Shown: positions 41,601 to 51,586 of the stretch, piece after piece
Layout of the letters: each line of letters starts with the position of its first letter
How positions within the stretch are numbered: the first letter of the stretch is position 1
Origin: an uncultured bacterium
GTDB taxonomy: Bacteria > Chloroflexota > UBA5177 > JANWHV01
NCBI GenBank assembly: GCA_963827235.1
Contig: CAWHAE010000007.1
Coordinates: forward strand, 11,726-75,725
Direction of reading: 5' to 3'
Length of the DNA stretch: 64,000 bases
Notes under the pieces: generated by a model
Told to the model about the DNA's origin: nothing
The model's input: the letters and a program-made list of their open reading frames with translations, nothing else
Databases searched by the model: none
Position numbers and translations under genes: made by a program

Positions 41601-44600
41601 TACGACGCGGCCGGCAGGGCGATGACCGGCCTGTCAGGTGCCGTCTATGGCTATGACCAGAGCGGCAATCTGCTGGCTGCCCACACCGGTGGTGCCGACG
41701 TCATGTACAGCGAGGATGCGCTGGGCAGGACCGTCACGCGCTTGGAGGCCGGCAACATCACTGCGACGGTCTTTGACGGCAGTGACCCGGTCGCCGAATT
41801 CGGCCCGGTCCCGTCGGCGGTCGCCCGCACCGTCTATGGCTCCTGGATCGACGAGCCGCTCGCCTTTTCGGCGAACGGAGAGACGTACACCTACGTCGTG
41901 GATCGGCTTGGCTCCGTGCGCATGGTGCTGGACGGCGCGGGCAAGCTGGTCGCCACGCTAAGCTACGACGCATACGGCAGGCTGACCGGTAAGACGGGGT
42001 CCGCGCCGACGACGCTCGGCTTTGCCGGCCGCCCCTACGACCCGGCTACGGGCCTAATCGATCTGCGCAACCGCCTCTACGATCCGGCGCTTGCCCGCTT
42101 CCTCTCCCCCGACCCGCTGGCCCAGCCTGGGGCGGCGACGTACCCCTACGCCGGAGACAATCCCGCGACGCAGAGCGATCCGCTTGGCCTGTGCGCGGAG
42201 CCACCGAACGGGCCCGAGACCGCTTGGGCGGCCGCGTCGCATGGACTCCCTCCCCTGATGGAGGAGGTTTTCGGGAAGGCGGGCGGTACCTTCTTCGAGG
42301 GCTTCGAGCTTTGGGAGGCTTCCAAGCAATTTAACGCGGCGAGCGAGGCATTTGGTGGCGGGGAGGGTGAAGGAGGCAACGGCTGCGGCGTGAACAACGC
42401 GGATCCCACCTTCATCAATGGCGCCGGCGTTGCCGCCACAGGCCCCGGCAGCGCAGCGGGCCACTCGACGCTGACGCTCACCAGGGACGCGTCGGGCGGA
42501 TCCGTCGAAGCGCTGTTCCCCGTTGCAGCAGCCGGCACCGTGACCGTCGACGTGTACGACCTGCACGGCCGCCTCACGCGTGCGCTGGCGGCGCGGCCGG
42601 CCTCAGCGCCTGTCCTGGATATCACCTGGGACGGACGCGACGTTGCCGGGCGCGAGGTTGCCGACGGCACCTACTATATGCTCGAGACTGAACAACCCGC
42701 TGCCGTGGGCGCGCAGGCGACGCATGCACTGCGCACCATCGCGGTGACGACGGGCGCTTCCTGGTCCGTCGCCATGCCCGCGCCGCCAAGCCCGCCCGCT
42801 GCCGCAGGCGTCGCGGCGCAGATTGTCACGCCTTCCAGCGGCAGCCTGCTGCGCGGCGTAGTGCCGATCGACGGCGTGGCCTCAGGGCCAGACTTCGACC
42901 ACTATCAGCTCGACTACGGCCCGGGCACCAGTCCCACGCACTGGACCGGCATCCTGGACACAAGCTCGGGCACGCCTGCCGTGCCCGACCAGGGCCCGGT
43001 GACGCTCGCCCGCCTGCACACCCTCTCGGGCAACCTGGGCACACTGGATACCGGGCTCTCAGACTACTTCTACTATCGTTCGAGCGGCGCCCAGGGCCTC
43101 AGCGGACTCTACACCATTCGCCTGCGTGTCTACGGCCGGCACGGCGAGGAGGCCCAGGCCTTCACCTGGATCGTGGTAGGGCGGGTCGCCACCTACGTGC
43201 AGGACGCGACCATCGCCAGCCCGGATGGGCAGGCGAACCTTGCCGTACCCAGCCTTGCCCTCCACGACATCGCCCAGGTATTTGCCGTCGAGCCCACCAC
43301 CTCGACAGTGCCGGTTCCCACGTACCTGCGGAAACTTTCGTCGGTCTACGCGCTCTATCCCTCCGGCTACGTCTTCGGCAGTCCGGCGACGTTGCGCATG
43401 CACGTCGCCGCGGTCGCGCCCGGCGTGCAGATCTATGCGTGGGACGCCGGCTCCGCCACCTGGCAGCCGCTGCCGAGCACGGTAGCACGCGAGCGGCACG
43501 GAGCCACGCTCACTACGCCGGTCGCGCGCCTCGGCCCGGCGCCGGCCCTCTACGCCGTGCTGGCACCTGCTGCCACTCCTGCTGCGCCCGTGATCTTTCC
43601 ACCCGCTGCCACGACGACGAGTGCTGGCACCCTGACGCTCGCCGTCGCGACCCGGCCGGGCCTGGCGGTGCAGATTCTGGCCGGCGCGCGACCGAGCGGG
43701 CTGCGTGCCGTCGCCGGTGCCGATGGCCTGGCCGTAATTGCGGGTATCGAGCTCCGTCCGGGACAGAACCGCTTCACGGCTGTAGCTCAGGATAGCGCCG
43801 GCCATACCAGCGCTCCCTCACAAGTGGTCACCACTACATATGCGCCAACGGCTCGGAAGCTCCCGGGTTCCGCTGCACTACTGCCGGATGTTGCCGGAAG
43901 CAGCGCCGCAAGCTCGGGTGCCGGTTCGGCCGGCCCGCCTCCGCCGGTCGTGGACTCTCCCACCTTGCACGCCGTGCTGGCTTCCGACTTCCAGCGGCCG
44001 CAAGACCTCTGGCCGGGCAGAATAGCGCCGCTCGGCGCCACCACCAGCGTGGTGACCGACGGCGGCTACACCCCGCTCAAGGTCACAGCGGGCCGCACGG
44101 GCGATCTCACCACGTTCCTGCCCGTCTCTTCCTTCAATCTCGCCACCCACCCGCTGATCACCTTCTCCTACAAGGTGCCTGCCGGCGTGTACGTCGATCT
44201 CGCGGTACACGCCAACGGTACCTGGTGGGTCGTGCCGTTGAGCGACAACCCGCCCAGTGCCAACGACCATGAGCGCACCTACTTCGCGCCGCTCGAAGGC
44301 GGCCCGGGGCTGCACTTCCAGCGCGACAACCACTGGCACCAGCTCACCATCAATCTCTACCAGCTGATCCGCAACGAGCTGCCCACCGGGTCAATCGAGG
44401 TGGACCGCATGGCGTTTGGCGACTGGGAGCCGAGCGGGTGGATGGGCGTACGGCCCGCCGAGATGAACGTGCCCGGCTCCAGCTTCCTGCTCGCCGGCAT
44501 GGCAATGCCGGCCGTCAGCAGGCGGAACGCCGCCTCCTTCTCGTGGTCCGAGCCCGGTACCGCGGGCATCACGGCCTACAGCTACGTGCTCGACCAGCAG

Positions 44601-47315
44601 CCTGCAACGCTACCACCCGCGCGGGCGTCCGGCACGACTACCGCGACGACGGTTGGGCCGTTGGCCAGCGGCAGTTACTGGCTGCACGTGCGGGCTCGTG
44701 GCCGTGCAGGCACGTGGGGTCCTGCCGCCAACTATCCCTTCATGATCGACACCCTGCCGCTGCGGGTCGGTGCGCCGGATCCTGGTCCGGGCGCCACGGG
44801 CGAGGCCTATGTGACCATTCCCATTGAAGACCCCGGCGCGAGCGGCGTCGATGTCTCCACCATCCGTTTCCAGGTGTTCGGCAAGACATATGGGGCCGGC
44901 AGCAACGTCGTTTCCTATGATCTGACCCACGGCGTGGCCGCGCTCAATGTCGGCTGGATAGACCCGGCGCCGCCCCAATTGTTCCCCGGCGGGAAGGTGC
45001 CTGTGACCTTGCTGGCCGCTGCCGACGCGGCGGGGAACCAGCTGGTCGAGCCCCTGTCCTGGACGTACACCCTGGATATTCCCAACGGGTTGCCCGGTGG
45101 AGCACAACTCTTGACTACCAGGGGCGGCGATGCACCGACCTTCTCACCCGACGGCACGAGGGTCGCTTTCATCTCGAGCCGGTCAGGTGCGGCGCACCTG
45201 TGGACCATCGACGCTGGAGATCTGGCCGAACGGCAGCACACCGCGCGCCAGATCGTGGCCGGGCCGGGTGCCGACGCCGACCCGGCGTGGTCGCCGACCG
45301 GAGACCTCATCGCCTTCGACTCCACCCGCGACGGCAGCCGCCATCTCTACCTTGTCCATCCAGACGGCAGCGGCCTGCAGCGCATCACCAGCGGAGCGTC
45401 GGGCGACATGCAGCCCACCTGGTCTCCGGACGGCAAGCAGATCGCCTTCGTGAACGACGGGAACCTGCTGGTGGTGAACCGCGACGGCACCGACCTGCAC
45501 ACCGTCATCGCCGACGGCGAGCACGCGGTCCACGATCCCACCTGGTCGCCGGATGGCAGGACCATTGCCTACCGTCACAGCCTCTACGTCGACCAGATCT
45601 GGACCGTGCGACTCGACGGCACGCATGACGGCATCTTGACGACGCTGGCGAGCGGCGAGGCACAATCCTCGCCGGCCTGGCTGGCCGACGGCCGCGTGGC
45701 CTACGTCTCGCTGCGTGACAAGGTGTCCGCTCTGTACGCCGTCGAGCCCGACGGTACCGAGCAGAGTGCCCTGGTCGGACAGCCGCCAGCTCTGCTGTTC
45801 ACGCCGGCAGCCTCGCGCGATGGCTCGACCATCGCCTTCGTCTCGACCCGGGCCGGCGGGCACAATATCTACGTCAGCCGCCAGTTCCGCATCGACCCAC
45901 TGGACGTGAGCGCTGCGAGCTTCGACGCGTCTGCCGGCCACACGGTGTCCATCCGCTACGGCCTCACCTCCTCGGCCACTGTCTCCATCGGCATCAGCGA
46001 CAGCGGCGGGCGCGCCGTGCGCACGCTCATCGTGCACAAGATGCTTCCCGCCGGCGTGCGGCAACTGACCTGGGACGGCAGGGACGATCACGGCCGTCTG
46101 CTGGGCGAGGATGTCTACTCCATCCAGGTGACGGCGCAGGCACCGGGCCTGCCTGTACTCAGGCGCGGGTTGGGCGTGAGCATCGACGACGTGAGCCGTC
46201 ATGGCAGCCTGCGCATACACGTACTGCACGCCGGCCAACTAGTGGCGGGCGCTAACCTGACCGTGTCGCGAGCCACTTCGCAGGCGTATGTGCTCGATAC
46301 CACGACGGACAAGACCGGCGCGAGCACAATCAGCCTGAGCCCGGGCACGTACGACGTATTGGCACAGGCCGGCGACGGCCTGCAAGGCAGCGCGCAGGGT
46401 CTGCTCGTGCGCGCGCACACGACGCTGGATCGGACGATCGCGCTGGCTGTGCCGGCGGTTCGGCAGCCGGGCGCACCAGGCGTGGCGACCACGCCGAGCC
46501 CCGTAGCAGCCGCCTCGGCAACTGCGCCGGCGACGCCGGTCGCTGCGGTCACGGTCACTGCGACGCCGTCGACCGGCGGCGCGACGAAGGGAACGCTGGT
46601 GGTGACCGTGCTGACGTCGTCCGGCCAGCCGGCAAGCGGCGCAGGAGTTGACATCTACCAGGGGAACAAGCTGGTCGCTTACTCCGGCACGGACAGCAGC
46701 GGTTCGGCCAGCTTCAGCCTCGCCGCTGGCACCTACAGCGTGCAGGTCGGCCTGGGTAGTGCGAAGGCCACGTTCAGCGGCGTGAAGGTCTCCGCTTGCA
46801 CTACGACCAGGCAGACGGTGCGCCTCGGGGCTGGCACGCTGGTAGTGCATGTGGACCTGGTGCCGGGCCAACCGGCCGCCGGCGCCGAGGTGGACATCTA
46901 CCAGGGGAACAACCTTGTCAGCTACTCTGAGACCGACAGCAGCGGTGCGGTCACCTTCACCCTCAACGCGGGTACATACACGCTGTCTACCAAGTATCGT
47001 CTTGCGACCGGGCCAATGATCTCCGCGACAGTCACGGGTGGTGCATCGACCTCGAGCACGATCGTGCTGAACGCTGGTCAACTGGTGGTGAGCGTGCGCA
47101 CGAAGTCGGGAGCGCCGGCGGTCGGCGCCGAAGTGGACCTCTCTCTGAAGGGCGCCTTGCTCGCATACCCCAGCACCGACAGCACTGGGTCGGTGACGTT
47201 CACCGTGAGCGCGGGGACCTACGCCGTGCAGGCCAGTCAGGGTGGCGTCACGTCGCCCATGGTCTCTGTCACAGCGGTGGCCGGTGCCGTGGTCAGGAGC
47301 ACGATCGTGCTGTGA
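38643..47315 (+). CDS. Exported RHS/YD-repeat protein with DUF6531, RHS core, FlgD-Ig, Ig/FN3-like, TolB-like PD40 propeller and C-terminal prealbumin-like repeats
   Basis: Sec-type N-terminus; VDPATG...LQRTF...MGNGW (DUF6531); many YDAAGRL repeats; core RLYDPALARFLSPDP...NPATQSDPLG; WDGRD FlgD motifs twice; PxWSPDG repeats; C-terminal GA.VDIY...TDSSG...L.AGTY repeats. Confidence 0.9.
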   Translation: MNVSRVRRMALCALAICMAFPAYRSHGASRAVAAAPTPVAAPAGWLSVLAVGTTPPDVLPQAYVASVAAWRTLPLQIAEQAAPAFRDAAGGGGAATALLAQTLLGQATVTPDPRALAQSRLGAVLGPLAQTLGVVSATQAAPSAQELASSLVDPATGVLHVIYQDLSVPARGQPLALQRTFVSGSTTASAMGNGWAFTYGTHLAYDASGNPLIEEATGAVTHFALWQTPSLYLALDAAAWEILSLDRRGGATRLLADGSSEQFDALGRLVRLQDRDGIGLTINYTGANLASVVDAAGRGLRFTESKAGLISTVTDPAGAVIHYGHDGAGNLTSVTTTAGATTRFTYSTPAIDSYDTTRLTGITLPRGSTIRFSYDAGARVSHVSGPGAMSTSITYTGGAEPGAVRTDLVDATGAHTEIDSFTTVPLAGSAQLPMVTRTVDASGKTMTVTSGPSGTAVEDGDGRLTRITGNAAGPASAVQPPETGAARLGYDDATSTLSMLTGVSGNATTLVYDAAGHLAGIRDGTGALTRIEPIAPNTFREVGPDGGAAVVQFDAAGNVIALTDAMGRKTTFNWDADGRLTRISDPAHGSLTYRYGPGGALLARTDALGAVTSYGYDADGNLTSMRDALGNTWRFAYDACDLPVSVIDPLGDTARLSYDDAGRLTMVTDPLGHVTRATYDGAGRVVSVTDPLGHATRYRYGPAGELIAATSPAGRTTRYSYDAAGQPVAVTRADGSSTTLVYDASGRLTGNRAGAGPTTEYRYDGAGRLTQRTVPDESGSSYTYDAAGHLVSAGNGSGTIRDAYDAAGDLTATVDTSGHTVRYTYDAAGRRASMTSATGAVTRYAYDAAGHVTAIDDPLGNSTFRYDALGERIGATLPGGIAVAYGYDKVGRLTDLTYTRGTAVIARFVYGYDRDGNVVLEQSLGDTLHYRYDAASRLTAVQGSARGDDASYAFDADGNLLSSPTGGALRYDAAGRLLTAGSASMAYDAAGRAMTGLSGAVYGYDQSGNLLAAHTGGADVMYSEDALGRTVTRLEAGNITATVFDGSDPVAEFGPVPSAVARTVYGSWIDEPLAFSANGETYTYVVDRLGSVRMVLDGAGKLVATLSYDAYGRLTGKTGSAPTTLGFAGRPYDPATGLIDLRNRLYDPALARFLSPDPLAQPGAATYPYAGDNPATQSDPLGLCAEPPNGPETAWAAASHGLPPLMEEVFGKAGGTFFEGFELWEASKQFNAASEAFGGGEGEGGNGCGVNNADPTFINGAGVAATGPGSAAGHSTLTLTRDASGGSVEALFPVAAAGTVTVDVYDLHGRLTRALAARPASAPVLDITWDGRDVAGREVADGTYYMLETEQPAAVGAQATHALRTIAVTTGASWSVAMPAPPSPPAAAGVAAQIVTPSSGSLLRGVVPIDGVASGPDFDHYQLDYGPGTSPTHWTGILDTSSGTPAVPDQGPVTLARLHTLSGNLGTLDTGLSDYFYYRSSGAQGLSGLYTIRLRVYGRHGEEAQAFTWIVVGRVATYVQDATIASPDGQANLAVPSLALHDIAQVFAVEPTTSTVPVPTYLRKLSSVYALYPSGYVFGSPATLRMHVAAVAPGVQIYAWDAGSATWQPLPSTVARERHGATLTTPVARLGPAPALYAVLAPAATPAAPVIFPPAATTTSAGTLTLAVATRPGLAVQILAGARPSGLRAVAGADGLAVIAGIELRPGQNRFTAVAQDSAGHTSAPSQVVTTTYAPTARKLPGSAALLPDVAGSSAASSGAGSAGPPPPVVDSPTLHAVLASDFQRPQDLWPGRIAPLGATTSVVTDGGYTPLKVTAGRTGDLTTFLPVSSFNLATHPLITFSYKVPAGVYVDLAVHANGTWWVVPLSDNPPSANDHERTYFAPLEGGPGLHFQRDNHWHQLTINLYQLIRNELPTGSIEVDRMAFGDWEPSGWMGVRPAEMNVPGSSFLLAGMAMPAVSRRNAASFSWSEPGTAGITAYSYVLDQQPATLPPARASGTTTATTVGPLASGSYWLHVRARGRAGTWGPAANYPFMIDTLPLRVGAPDPGPGATGEAYVTIPIEDPGASGVDVSTIRFQVFGKTYGAGSNVVSYDLTHGVAALNVGWIDPAPPQLFPGGKVPVTLLAAADAAGNQLVEPLSWTYTLDIPNGLPGGAQLLTTRGGDAPTFSPDGTRVAFISSRSGAAHLWTIDAGDLAERQHTARQIVAGPGADADPAWSPTGDLIAFDSTRDGSRHLYLVHPDGSGLQRITSGASGDMQPTWSPDGKQIAFVNDGNLLVVNRDGTDLHTVIADGEHAVHDPTWSPDGRTIAYRHSLYVDQIWTVRLDGTHDGILTTLASGEAQSSPAWLADGRVAYVSLRDKVSALYAVEPDGTEQSALVGQPPALLFTPAASRDGSTIAFVSTRAGGHNIYVSRQFRIDPLDVSAASFDASAGHTVSIRYGLTSSATVSIGISDSGGRAVRTLIVHKMLPAGVRQLTWDGRDDHGRLLGEDVYSIQVTAQAPGLPVLRRGLGVSIDDVSRHGSLRIHVLHAGQLVAGANLTVSRATSQAYVLDTTTDKTGASTISLSPGTYDVLAQAGDGLQGSAQGLLVRAHTTLDRTIALAVPAVRQPGAPGVATTPSPVAAASATAPATPVAAVTVTATPSTGGATKGTLVVTVLTSSGQPASGAGVDIYQGNKLVAYSGTDSSGSASFSLAAGTYSVQVGLGSAKATFSGVKVSACTTTRQTVRLGAGTLVVHVDLVPGQPAAGAEVDIYQGNNLVSYSETDSSGAVTFTLNAGTYTLSTKYRLATGPMISATVTGGASTSSTIVLNAGQLVVSVRTKSGAPAVGAEVDLSLKGALLAYPSTDSTGSVTFTVSAGTYAVQASQGGVTSPMVSVTAVAGAVVRSTIVL

Positions 47316-47495
47316 GCTGCGGCCGGGCCCGCGGCGGAGAGATGATTTGAGCCAGAAGGAGACAAGGAGGCGCAAGATGACTTGAGCCAGGAGCAGGCGC
47401 CCGACCACAATCCTTGTACTGAGGATCCCCGGTGAACACCAGTCCCATCTGATCACACTGCATGTAATAGCCGCCGACTGGAAAGGAAGACGTCC

Positions 47496-47801
47496 ATGAA
47501 CGGCCTGAAGGGCACCATGAAGACGCTCATCGGCGGGGCTTCCGTGGTGTCGTACCGCGGCGCCGTCACCTGTTGTGTGATCGGCGCCGCCTGCCCGTGC
47601 CCACATGGCATCTGCCCGGCCGGGAGCTTCGTCGTGAAGAGGATCACCCAGAAGCAGGACCCATGCGTCGTGGGCGGCTTTAGGCAACTCGAAGTAGAAG
47701 CATTGGCGGCGACGAACACCTTCACCCCGCTGCTCAAGATTCTCGCCACGGACCGGGCGACGGTGCGGTGCGTGACGCTGCTCCCCGTCGTCATGAACTG
47801 A
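47496..47801 (+). CDS. Small Cys-rich hypothetical protein (possibly degraded)
   Basis: RBS GGAAAGGAAG; 101 aa; directly downstream of the RHS gene; no recognisable family. Confidence 0.3.
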   Translation: MNGLKGTMKTLIGGASVVSYRGAVTCCVIGAACPCPHGICPAGSFVVKRITQKQDPCVVGGFRQLEVEALAATNTFTPLLKILATDRATVRCVTLLPVVMN

Positions 47802-48269
47802 CCTGATCGATCTTCTCAATCCGTGCAACTCTTCGTGCAGACGGCCGACTTCGCGCACTCGCCCTGGAATGACGCCAGATTGGAAGGAGTGGTGCCCTTT
47901 GCCGCCTGAAATGCGCAGCATACCTCGTGGGGCCCTGCTGCCCGGCGGTACAACGCTCCGACCAATCTGGCGGCCTGAGACTGGCCCGGCGGCAGCAGCG
48001 ATTGGTGGCGGCAGCGGCGCGCCCGCCGCTATGCCTACCAGCACCATCATATTCCCGGTTAGGACCCGCCGGCAGGCTGGCCCCGGCAGCCCGTCTCTCT
48101 TGACCACGATGGTCCAGGCCTGGACTTGCCGGTGACCACCAGGCGGCGGCGTACTCCACCTGCATAATGCTCCAGTGGTAGTCGCTGCCAAACTGCGCCG
48201 CCACTGTGTCCAGCAGAATGTGACCTCACCCTTCAGCCAGCTGCGGCATGGCAAGTGCGTCATGCCCAC

Positions 48270-48622
48270 GCGACCGCGCTTGCAGCCAGACAGCCCGCGC
48301 GCGGTGGTCGTGGAGACGCTGGCCACGCAGGTCCCAGCCGGGGCCCGGCAGCGCTACCGTATCTTGGAGGGCGCCAAGGGACCCTTGCTGGCCGACTTTG
48401 CCGACCTGCGCGTGGTCGCCGTGCGCGACCGGCTGCCTGGACCCACGGTCTGGCTGCTCATCCGGCGCAGCGTGCCCCAGCCAGGGGACGAGCCTGTCAC
48501 CAAGTTCTATCTCTCCAACGCTGGACCGACCTGCCGCTCCTGGCCCTCGTCTGGGCCAGCGGCATGCGCTGGCCGATCGGGCGCTGCTTCACCGAGGGCA
48601 GAGACGAGTTGGGTTTGCAATA
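48270..48622 (+). mobile_element. IS701-family transposase internal remnant
   Basis: EGAKGPLLADFA.LRV...WLLIRRS...KFYLSNA, then a frameshift to GMRWPIGRCFTEGRDELGL, which matches the IS701 RWxIExxFxExKxELGL region. Confidence 0.7.
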
Positions 48623-48968
48623 CTCACGCATTCGCGCGAGCGGCCCAACGGCCTGCGGCCCGAAATCGCAGTCAGAATGGATCGTCTGCCACGCCGTGGA
48701 CGTCGGGCCACGATACGTGGAGCACGGTGCTCGGGAGCGCGACATGCTGGCTGGCGCCATGGCACGACTGGATGGCGTGATCGCGCACGCCCTGGCGTGG
48801 GCACAGCCAACAGTCGACTAAAGCGTGTGACAGCATCGCCTGAAGGCGCTCGACCCAGCCGCACAACCCCTGACCATGGCACTCCGGACTGGCGCATGCT
48901 ATTCCCTCGCCAGGCTGCGCGTCCATGCTCCCGAGGATCTGGCCGGCCTGGGCGACCGCTACAACGGC

Positions 48969-51485
48969 CTACCTACCGTACCGATGTGCCAGAGCACTGG
49001 CCTCGTCGATCGCAGCTGCGAGCGGCATCGATCGGCCGGACCTCAGGGCATTCTCGACGGTCTCGCCGAGCAGATGCCGCAACCTGGCGTCTATCGCACG
49101 GTAGCTGGCACTCTCCGCCGGTGACACCGGAGCACAGACCGCATCGCGCAGTGCGGCTGCGGCGCCGAACAGCCTGCCACCTGTCTCCGCGGCGCCGAGC
49201 TCAGCTGCTGTCGCCGCGAGTGCCTCCAGGCACTGGGCGACGTTCCTCTTGTTGCCGATCTCGCGCTCGAGCGCTAGGCTCGCGCCAAAGAGTCCCGCTG
49301 CCCGAGCGTGTCCACCCTGCGCCTGGAGCACGAGTCCCAAGTTGTAGGTTCCCATGGCGATGCTGGACCGGTCTCCCAGACCCACTGCGAGCGCTTTGTG
49401 TTCGGTGAGAAGCGCCGTCGCGCGATCAAGGTGCCCGAGCATGCGCTCGGCATCCGCGAGATTGAGCAACGCGATGCACGTGCCGCGGGTGTTGCCCCGC
49501 TGCCGGGTGAGCGCCAGGCCCTCCTCCAGCACCGGCATCGCCTGCTCGGGCCGCCCCAGTTCAATGAGCAGCGCCCCATGGTTCGTGAGCACCGTCGCCA
49601 GCAGCGCATCATCGACGAGAGTGCGAGCCAGCCGCGTTGCCTCCTCGTAGCAGGCCTCTGCCCGAACGTAATCGCCTTGATACTTGAGGGCACTCCCCTG
49701 GTTGACAAGGACCACCGTGGCACCGCGGGCGTCGGCCGCTTGACCGAACAACTCGACCGCCTCCTCATAGGCGGTCAGAGTCAGCGCGAGGTCGCCCTGC
49801 TCATTGGCGAAATTGCCGAGCGCGTTGAGTGCGCGGGCCCGAAGCCCCGCTGGTGCCTGGGGGCTCGCGGCAAGCATGCGCTCAAGCCAGCCGCGGCCTT
49901 CACTCAGGTAGCCGCGGACAAGCCAGAAGCGATACACAGCTACCGCTAGGCGGAGCCCCAGTTCCCCGCGGTCTGGTGATTGCAGACTCCAGTCAAACGC
50001 GGCGCGGATGTTGCCATGCTCGCGCTCAAGCCTGTCGACCCACTCCGCTTGTGCAGCGCCCTGGAGTCCAGGCCAGGCTTGTTCCGCCAGAGCCAGGTAG
50101 TAAGCTGCATGGCGATCGCTGACGCCGCGGGCCTCGCCTGCTGTCGCGAGACACTCCAGGCCATACTCGCGGATGGTGTCCAACATGCCAAAGCGCGCTT
50201 CTGGAGACGGACCCGGCATGCGCACCATGAGGTTCTTGTCGACCAGCGCGAGCAGCCATCCCAGCATGTCATCTTGCAGACCTCCCGTCATCTGGCACAC
50301 GGTCTCGGCAGCTTCCAGGGTGAAGCCACCGGCAAAAACGGCCAGCCGCCGAAACAGTGTCTGCTCTCCCACATGCAACAGGTTGTAGCTCCAGGCAAAC
50401 GCGCTGCGGAGCGTCTGCTGTCGTTCCGGCAGGTCGGAAGCGCCTCTGGTCAACAACTGCAGGCGTTTCTCCAGCCGGGACAACAACGCCTGGGGCGGCA
50501 GGAGCTTGACCCAGACCGCGGTCAGCTCAATGGCGAGGGGCAGTCCGTCTAGGCGGCGGCAGATGGCCGCGATCGCAGCCGCCGTCGCGGGCGTGAGTCT
50601 GGTTTCCGGCTCGATTGCTTGAGCGCGCTGCATGAAGAGCGTCACAGATGCTACCCGGGCCAGCTCATCCATGGAACACTCGCCCCGATCGACCCAGTCC
50701 ATGTCGGGCAGTGCGAGTGGCCGCACAGGGAATTCGTGCTCGCCTCGCACATGCACGGCAACGCGGCTTGTCACCAGCACCTTCAGCCGGGCACAAGCCG
50801 CGGTGAGATCCGCTAGCAGGAGTGCGGCTTTCGCCACGTGCTCGAAGTTGTCGAGTACCAAGAGCACGTGTGTGCCAGCCAAGTCTGCCGCAAGGGCCTC
50901 GCTCAGGGGTTGTCCGCTCTGCTCGCGGATGTTCAGTGCTTGAGCAATGGCAGAGGCGACGAGGGAGGCGTCACGCAGCGGTGCGAGCGAGACGAACACG
51001 GCCCCACCCGCGAAGTGCTTGGAGAGATCGGCGGCGACGGCGATGGCCAGGCTGGTCTTGCCAACGCCGGCAGGTCCGGTGAGGGTGGCCAGACGAACAT
51101 CGTCGCGGCGAAGGAGGTGGGCGACTCCCTGGACGTCGTGCTCGCGGCCGACGAGTGGTGCCGGCAACGCGGGTAGCGTCGAGCCAGCCGGGAGGGCCAG
51201 TGAGCCAGACTGTGAGGCTGCAACTCCTCGGCCCGGACCACGCGTGCGCACTACCGGGGCATCGAGCGCAGTCTGTTCCGCTGCCGAGAGTCCCAGGGCA
51301 CGGGCCAAGCGCGCGACCGTATCGGCATGGGGCACCAGGTTCACGCCGCGCTCCAGGTCGCTGAGGCCACGCACACTCAGCCCGGCTCGCTCGGCTAAGA
51401 CCTCTTGGGACAGTCCGGCGGCCAGGCGATAGCGCCGCAACAACTCCCGGAAGGATCCCCGAGCGCCGGGCTCCGTCTTGTCCAT
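48969..51485 (-). CDS. XRE-HTH / STAND ATPase (NB-ARC-like) / TPR regulator
   Basis: FRELLRRYRLAAGLSQE HTH, GPAGVGKT Walker A, LLVLDNFEH Walker B, LDGLPLAIEL, C-terminal TPRs. Start MDKTEP at 51485. Confidence 0.9.
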   Translation of the reverse strand: MDKTEPGARGSFRELLRRYRLAAGLSQEVLAERAGLSVRGLSDLERGVNLVPHADTVARLARALGLSAAEQTALDAPVVRTRGPGRGVAASQSGSLALPAGSTLPALPAPLVGREHDVQGVAHLLRRDDVRLATLTGPAGVGKTSLAIAVAADLSKHFAGGAVFVSLAPLRDASLVASAIAQALNIREQSGQPLSEALAADLAGTHVLLVLDNFEHVAKAALLLADLTAACARLKVLVTSRVAVHVRGEHEFPVRPLALPDMDWVDRGECSMDELARVASVTLFMQRAQAIEPETRLTPATAAAIAAICRRLDGLPLAIELTAVWVKLLPPQALLSRLEKRLQLLTRGASDLPERQQTLRSAFAWSYNLLHVGEQTLFRRLAVFAGGFTLEAAETVCQMTGGLQDDMLGWLLALVDKNLMVRMPGPSPEARFGMLDTIREYGLECLATAGEARGVSDRHAAYYLALAEQAWPGLQGAAQAEWVDRLEREHGNIRAAFDWSLQSPDRGELGLRLAVAVYRFWLVRGYLSEGRGWLERMLAASPQAPAGLRARALNALGNFANEQGDLALTLTAYEEAVELFGQAADARGATVVLVNQGSALKYQGDYVRAEACYEEATRLARTLVDDALLATVLTNHGALLIELGRPEQAMPVLEEGLALTRQRGNTRGTCIALLNLADAERMLGHLDRATALLTEHKALAVGLGDRSSIAMGTYNLGLVLQAQGGHARAAGLFGASLALEREIGNKRNVAQCLEALAATAAELGAAETGGRLFGAAAALRDAVCAPVSPAESASYRAIDARLRHLLGETVENALRSGRSMPLAAAIDEASALAHRYGR

Positions 51486-51586
51486 GATGAGCCGCCTGCT
51501 GGCAATACTCGGTCCGCTGCTGGCTTCGCCTCGCCGTCTATTATGCCGCACACGGGGTAACGCTGGGTATGGAATTGCAGAATGCT

